DNA of 63,892 nt, filler included, from Acidimicrobiia bacterium (GTDB lineage Bacteria > Actinomycetota > Acidimicrobiia > Spongiisociales > SHLN01): NCBI GenBank assembly GCA_041619515.1. It is 12 parts of 12 records of this genome, joined end to end, with 100 filler letters (N's around TTAATTAATTAA, not from the genome) between each part and the next. Parts side by side here need not be neighbours in the genome. Positions count along the whole stretch, not along the records: positions 56,356 to 61,214 come from JBFKDW010000128.1; positions 61,315 to 63,892 come from JBFKDW010000141.1; 10 more parts are not named here. One strand, written 5' to 3'. Under the pieces are notes generated by a model. It did no database searches. It was given only the letters and a program-made list of their open reading frames with translations, and was not told the DNA's origin. How positions within the stretch are numbered: the stretch's first letter is position 1; every line of letters begins with the position of its first letter. The translations under genes and the position numbers were made by a program. Of this stretch, positions 59,014-63,892 are shown piece after piece.

Positions 59014-59901
59014 ATGCCGTCCACTCTGCCGGTATGGGCGCGTGCCCTGGTCGAGGCGTACCTCGATCGGCTCGCCTCCGAACGCCGGCTCTCTCACCAC
59101 ACCGTCGCCTCCTACCGCGGAGACCTCACTGCGTTCTTCGCTTTCGCTCACGACGCCGGGGCCGAGTCCGTCACAGAGGTGGATCGGCGTCTCGTGCGCC
59201 GCTACGTTGCCGGGCTGGCGGCCCAGGGCTTGGCGGGCCGGTCGATGGGCCGCAAGGCCTCCTCGGTGCGGGCGTTCTATGCAGATGCCGTGCGACGCGG
59301 GCTGGTGGCAGGCAACCCGGCCAACGGCATCTCGGTGCCCCGGCCCGGCCGGTCACTCCCGAGGGTGCTGCCCGCGGCGGCGATTGCCACGATCCTCGAG
59401 GAGCTTGCGGGCACCGATCCTGTGACGCTCCGGGACCGGGCTGTGCTCGAGCTGCTGTACGGCTGTGGGCTGCGGGTGGCAGAGCTCGCCGCCCTCACCT
59501 GCGGCGGTGTGACCGGCCGGTCCTTCATCAGAATCGACGGCAAGGGTGGCAGGCAACGCGACCTCCCGGTCGGCGAGCCGGCCCGCCGGGCCGTGGCCGC
59601 CTATCTGGCCGACGGTCGCCCGCGGATGGCCGGGCCCGACGCCGGCGACGCGCTGTGGGTGGGCGTGCGGGGTGCACCTCTCGACCCCCGCGGCATCCGC
59701 CGCATCGTCTCAGCTCGTCTCGGGAGCTTCCCGCACGCTCTCCGCCATTCCTTTGCCACCCACCTGCTGGAGGGCGGAGCGGATTTGCGGGCGGTTCAGG
59801 AGCTCCTCGGTCATACCGAGCTTGCCACTACTCAGCTCTACACTGCAGTCACGAAGGACCATCTCAAGGCGACTTATGAGCGATCCCACCCGCGGGCCTG
59901 A
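59014..59901 (+). CDS. xerC: Tyrosine recombinase XerC-like
   Basis: [56 protein letters not shown]; located after dprA. Confidence 0.92.
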   Translation: MPSTLPVWARALVEAYLDRLASERRLSHHTVASYRGDLTAFFAFAHDAGAESVTEVDRRLVRRYVAGLAAQGLAGRSMGRKASSVRAFYADAVRRGLVAGNPANGISVPRPGRSLPRVLPAAAIATILEELAGTDPVTLRDRAVLELLYGCGLRVAELAALTCGGVTGRSFIRIDGKGGRQRDLPVGEPARRAVAAYLADGRPRMAGPDAGDALWVGVRGAPLDPRGIRRIVSARLGSFPHALRHSFATHLLEGGADLRAVQELLGHTELATTQLYTAVTKDHLKATYERSHPRA

Positions 59902-60670
59902 TCAAGATAGCGGCGTCCAGGACATGTGGACGCAATTCAAGGATACGGGTGACGCCAAGGCCCGCGAGGGTCTCATCCTGCATTACTCGCCCCTCGTGAA
60001 GTTCGTTGCCGGCCGGATGGGCGTGGGGCTTCCCCGCAACGTCGAGCAAGCCGACCTGGTGTCGTACGGCATCTTTGGGTTGATCGACGCCATCGACAAG
60101 TTCGATCTCGAGCGCGGCTTCAAATTCGAGACCTATGCGGTGAACCGCATCAAAGGTGCGATCCTCGACGAGCTGCGGGCCCTGGACTGGGTGCCCCGCT
60201 CGGTACGTGCCCGGGCCCGTGAGATCCAGCGATCGCTCGCCGAGATGGAGCACAATCTCAAGCGGACGGTGACCGACGAGGAGCTGGCCGACCACATGAA
60301 CCTGCCCGTTGCCGTGCTCCAGGACCAGCTGGCCGAGATATCGACGCTGGGCCTCGTTGCCCTCGATGAGCTGCTCAACACCTCCGAACGCGACTCGGCA
60401 TCGGTTGGGGACCTCCTGCCGGATCCGCGGGCGGCCGATCCCGTCGCCGAGTTCGAAACCGACGAGACTCGCCGGGCCCTGGCCGATGCCATCAACCGGC
60501 TCAACGAGCGGGATCGGCTGGTGGTCACGCTGTATTACTACGAGGGCCTGACGCTGGCGGAGATCGGCGATGTGCTCGGGGTGACCGAATCGCGAGTTTG
60601 CCAGATTCATACCAAGTCGGTGATGAGTCTTCGCAACCGCATGATGGAACCCATCTTCCGGGGCGGATAG
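59876..60670 (+). CDS. whiG: FliA/WhiG family RNA polymerase sigma factor (start 59876 or 59924)
   Basis: [75 protein letters not shown]. Confidence 0.9.
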   Translation: MSDPTRGPDQDSGVQDMWTQFKDTGDAKAREGLILHYSPLVKFVAGRMGVGLPRNVEQADLVSYGIFGLIDAIDKFDLERGFKFETYAVNRIKGAILDELRALDWVPRSVRARAREIQRSLAEMEHNLKRTVTDEELADHMNLPVAVLQDQLAEISTLGLVALDELLNTSERDSASVGDLLPDPRAADPVAEFETDETRRALADAINRLNERDRLVVTLYYYEGLTLAEIGDVLGVTESRVCQIHTKSVMSLRNRMMEPIFRGG

Positions 60671-60690
60671 GGAAGCGAGCCGGGTACGGC

Positions 60691-60790
60691 TACACTCCCG
60701 CCCATCACACACGCCTTGCCGCAGCGGGTCCGTGGTCGGAGCATGCTCCGGGACCGGCGTCGGGCGGGCGGAGGAATCAACCAAATCGAG
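60691..60790 (+). promoter_or_regulatory. rpsB promoter (-10 TACACT) and putative S2 autoregulatory leader
   Basis: TACACT at 60691; leader has CACACACGC..GGGT..GGAGG as in conserved rpsB 5' UTRs, with CCCGCCC/GGGCGGG pairing. Confidence 0.6.
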
Positions 60791-60801
60791 GAGACCCAGC
60801 T

Positions 60802-61214
60802 GTGTCCACCGTGACCATGAAACAGCTGCTGGAGGCAGGCGTCCATTTCGGACACCAGACCCGGCGCTGGAACCCCAAGATGAGCCCGTTCCTATTCGGC
60901 GAACGCAACGGGATTCATATCGTCGATCTTCGCCAGACCCTCACCCAGCTTCAGGACGCCTACAAGTTCGTCGAGGAGCTCACCGCCAAAGGCGGGACGG
61001 TTCTGTTCGTCGGCACCAAGAAGCAGGCCCAGCACATCCTGGAGGACGCCGCTTCGGCGGCCGGGATGCCCTATATCACCAATCGGTGGCTGGGGGGGAT
61101 GCTCACCAACTTCAAGACGAGCCACAAGCGCATCCTCTACATGAAAGAGCTCGAGCGGATGGACGATTCGGGCGAGATGGAGGCCTTGCCCAAGAAGGAG
61201 CGAATCCGCCTGCG
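60802..61214 (+). CDS. rpsB: 30S ribosomal protein S2, 3' truncated
   Basis: [50 protein letters not shown]. Confidence 0.98.
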
Positions 61215-61315
61215 NNNNNNNNNNNNNNNNNNNNNNNNNNNNNNNNNNNNNNNNNNNNTTAATTAATTAANNNNNNNNNNNNNNNNNNNNNNNNNNNNNN
61301 NNNNNNNNNNNNNNG

Positions 61316-63736
61316 GGTGAGGGTGATGGTCCCGGGGTGTATACGGTGACCTTGGAAGTGTCCGATGGTGCCCTCACCGACACGGTGAGCTTTGATGTCA
61401 CGGTGGCTGAAGTCAACCAGGCGCCGGTGGCGGATCCGGTGGGGGATCAGAGTGTGGATGAGGGCACGCTGATCGGGTTCACGGCGACCGCCACCGACAT
61501 CGATCTGCCGGCGAATTCGTTGACGTTCTCGCTGGAGAATGGAGCGGGGTTGGTGCCCGCCGGTGCCGCCATCACCGCCGGCGGTACCTTCACGTGGACG
61601 CCGACCGAGGCGCAGGGCCCCGGGGTGTATTCCTTTGATGTGGTGGTGACCGACGACGGGACCCCGAATCTGGGGGACCGGGTAACCATCACGGTCACCG
61701 TCGTCGACACGAATCGGCCTCCCAGCCTGGTCGATCCGGGGGATCAGGTCGGCGGCGAGGGAGCGTCCATCTCTCTGACGCTGGTGGGGAGCGATCCCGA
61801 TCAGGCCGACACGGTCACCTGGTCGGCGAGCGGGCTGCCGGGCGGGCTCACCATCGACCCGGCGACCGGATCAGTATCGGGGGTCGTGGACCTCGGCACT
61901 GCGGCGGGCAGCCCCTTTGCGGTCACCATCACCTTGACCGACGACGGGACACCGCCCCTGGCGGCGGCCGCGAGCTTCGAGTGGACCATCGTCGAGAACG
62001 CCCCGCCGTCGGCCAATCCAGACTTCTTCGAGGTCGCTCCGGGAGCCACCTCAACGGTGGAGGCGCCGGGTGTGCTCGGCAATGACGAGGACCCGGACGA
62101 CGACGTCCTCACCGCCTCGTTGATCGTTCCACCGGCAGACGGAACCATCGTCCTCGACCCTTCCGGCGGCTTCACGTATCAGCACGGCGGGGGAGCAGCG
62201 ATCGAAGACGCCTTCGTCTACAGCGTCGACGACGGTCGGGGCGGTGTGGCGCTGGCCACGGTCAAGCTGAGCCTTGTCGAGCCGAACCTTCCGCCAACCC
62301 TGGTGCCCGACTTCCTGGTGATCCCGGAGGACGGCTCCGGCACGGTGGCGCCGTTGGCCAACGACACGGATCCGAACGGCGATCCGCTGACGCTGCTCGA
62401 CTTCACGCAACCCTCGTTCGGAGTCCTCTCCTTGACGGCAGGCGGTGAGCTGTTGTACACCCCGCCCGCCGATTTCTTCGGTGAGGTCACATCCTCGTAT
62501 TCCGTGTCGGACGGGAATGGCGCCGTGGCCAGCGGCCTCATAACCATCTCCGTCGGGTCGGTCAACGACTTCCCAACCGGCGGCCGTGACACGATAACGC
62601 TGGGGGCATACCTGCCCGTTGCGCTCGACGTCCTGACAAACGACCGTGATATCGACGGCGATCGGCTGCGGATAACGAGCCTGCGCGGGTCGCCGGCCGG
62701 AGCGGTGACGGTCAACGCCGACGGCACCATCACCTACGTTCCATTGGCCGGGTTTTTCGGAACGGACACCTTCGAATACACCGTCGCCGACGCGATGGGA
62801 GGTTTTGACACCGTGCTGGTCTCCATCACCATCCCTGAGGAAGTCCTCGCGTCGGCGCTGGCACGCGGCGAAGAGATAGGCAGCCCCTCGTTGGGCTTCC
62901 AAGCTCCACCCGCCGACCTCGAAGATGAGCCGACCAGCACGCTTGGGATCGTTCAAGGGGTGAGCCTGCTGGCCGACGCCTTCTTCCAGAGCCTGGGCGC
63001 GCTGCGGCTCCCAATCCTGTTCCTCGGTCTTGCTCTCGGCACCGTCGTGGTGCTCGGTGGGTTCACCGAGCTGCCCCTGCTGTTGGCGAGGCGCCGCCGC
63101 CGCTTCTACTCCGTTGTCTTGCTCGATCGCGAGCACAGGCTGGCGGCGCGAGCGGAGCCCGATGGGGAAGCGCCCGCCATCTACTATTACGAGCCGACGG
63201 CGGCTGCCTTCCGGTCGCTCGACAAGCCGGTCGAAGTCGACGGAGAGCTCTGGACACCCGTGTCGACGCCGAACGGGACGGGATGGGTCGATAGCGCATT
63301 CTTGACCGAGGCAACCGATCTCCAGTTCTTCCTCGACGACGACCGCCCGGTGGCGATGCTGCAACGCTTGGCAAACGATCTGGTGGGACGCAAAGACGTG
63401 TCCTCGCTCTTCAGCACGCGTGGGTTCGCCGTGGCCCTCACCAACGAGCCTGAGATGGTCGAGCCGGCCGCCTTCCGCGCCGCTCTGGCCAACCGCTATG
63501 CAACACCCCACGCGACCCGGCTGTGGGAGCAGGTGCTCGAGCCCCTTGGCGCCGCTCTGCGGTCGGCCGATGATCTCGACACCCGTAGCAGCCATTCACG
63601 GACCGCACTTATCCCGGTCGAACTGTGGAACTTCCAGTATCTCGTGGTCAATGCCCCGGATCATCCGCCCTGGCTCGTCTACTTCGAATACGCGCACGGG
63701 AAGCCCACGATCGTAGGTGTCGGCCTGGACGTCTAG
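61316..63736 (+). CDS. Large surface protein: cadherin-like/Ig (He_PIG, Big_9-like) repeats, TM helix, then SH3-like C-terminal region; 5' truncated
   Basis: Repeated N..P...D..DPDGD.L..FTYT units; hydrophobic LPILFLGLALGTVVVLGG followed by RRRRR; W..V.TPNGTGWV. Confidence 0.85.
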   Translation, partial: GEGDGPGVYTVTLEVSDGALTDTVSFDVTVAEVNQAPVADPVGDQSVDEGTLIGFTATATDIDLPANSLTFSLENGAGLVPAGAAITAGGTFTWTPTEAQGPGVYSFDVVVTDDGTPNLGDRVTITVTVVDTNRPPSLVDPGDQVGGEGASISLTLVGSDPDQADTVTWSASGLPGGLTIDPATGSVSGVVDLGTAAGSPFAVTITLTDDGTPPLAAAASFEWTIVENAPPSANPDFFEVAPGATSTVEAPGVLGNDEDPDDDVLTASLIVPPADGTIVLDPSGGFTYQHGGGAAIEDAFVYSVDDGRGGVALATVKLSLVEPNLPPTLVPDFLVIPEDGSGTVAPLANDTDPNGDPLTLLDFTQPSFGVLSLTAGGELLYTPPADFFGEVTSSYSVSDGNGAVASGLITISVGSVNDFPTGGRDTITLGAYLPVALDVLTNDRDIDGDRLRITSLRGSPAGAVTVNADGTITYVPLAGFFGTDTFEYTVADAMGGFDTVLVSITIPEEVLASALARGEEIGSPSLGFQAPPADLEDEPTSTLGIVQGVSLLADAFFQSLGALRLPILFLGLALGTVVVLGGFTELPLLLARRRRRFYSVVLLDREHRLAARAEPDGEAPAIYYYEPTAAAFRSLDKPVEVDGELWTPVSTPNGTGWVDSAFLTEATDLQFFLDDDRPVAMLQRLANDLVGRKDVSSLFSTRGFAVALTNEPEMVEPAAFRAALANRYATPHATRLWEQVLEPLGAALRSADDLDTRSSHSRTALIPVELWNFQYLVVNAPDHPPWLVYFEYAHGKPTIVGVGLDV

Positions 63737-63806
63737 GCCGGAGCGATCGCCGCGTCCAGTCGGGCCACTGCGTTGCGCCCGCTGCGAAGTGGGATACTTC
63801 AGTGTC

Positions 63807-63892
63807 GCCCGGGTGACGGAATTGGCAGACGTGGCGGACTTAAAATCCGCTGCCCTTCGGGGCGTGCAGGTTCAAATCCTGCCCCGGGCACC
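63807..63892 (+). tRNA. tRNA-Leu (TAA), bldA-type UUA decoder; CCA cut by the window end
   Basis: GCCCGGG/CCCGGGC acceptor stem, GCGGA-CTTAAAA-TCCGC anticodon arm, long variable arm GCCCTTCGGGGC, GGTTCAAATCC. Confidence 0.95.

Noticed and set aside
59014..59901. Tyrosine recombinase as a prophage or island integrase
   Set aside because: Sequence and position after dprA fit housekeeping XerC; no att sites or cargo genes

Overview
High-GC bacterial sequence made of 12 unrelated short contigs joined by artificial 100-bp N/TTAATTAATTAA spacers. The complete internal contigs are sorted by decreasing length (5989 to 4859 bp), as in a fragmented draft or metagenome-assembled genome, so gene neighbourhood only has meaning within a contig. 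Gene content (Glu-Asp-Phe tRNA cluster, comM-dprA-xerC-whiG-rpsB order, Thr-rich lipoproteins, leaderless-type starts) points to Actinomycetota, probably Acidimicrobiia (inference). Most genes are housekeeping or metabolic: acyl-CoA enzymes, aat, gcvP, ispG, pepN, serA/serC, a fused 2-oxoacid dehydrogenase E1, typA, an ATP-dependent ligase, and four tRNAs. Most worth following up: (1) a stand-alone 76-aa LPxTG 'sorting signal only' mini-gene duplicated from the C-terminus of the upstream surface protein, with many synonymous differences; (2) a divergent pair encoding a cytoplasmic C25/caspase-fold protease and an LCAT/PGAP1-like lipase; (3) a BIME-like two-variant GC-rich palindrome family at five loci that breaks the assembly; (4) an 82-bp-period repeat duplicating the tRNA-Asp 3' end and carrying an anti-T-arm sequence; (5) a TrxB-like/ferredoxin-NADP reductase fusion; (6) a TetR-controlled cassette with three ABM-like domains and clear operators. 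No CRISPR array, rRNA or intact transposase was seen. Family calls come from motif recognition by eye; no searches were run.
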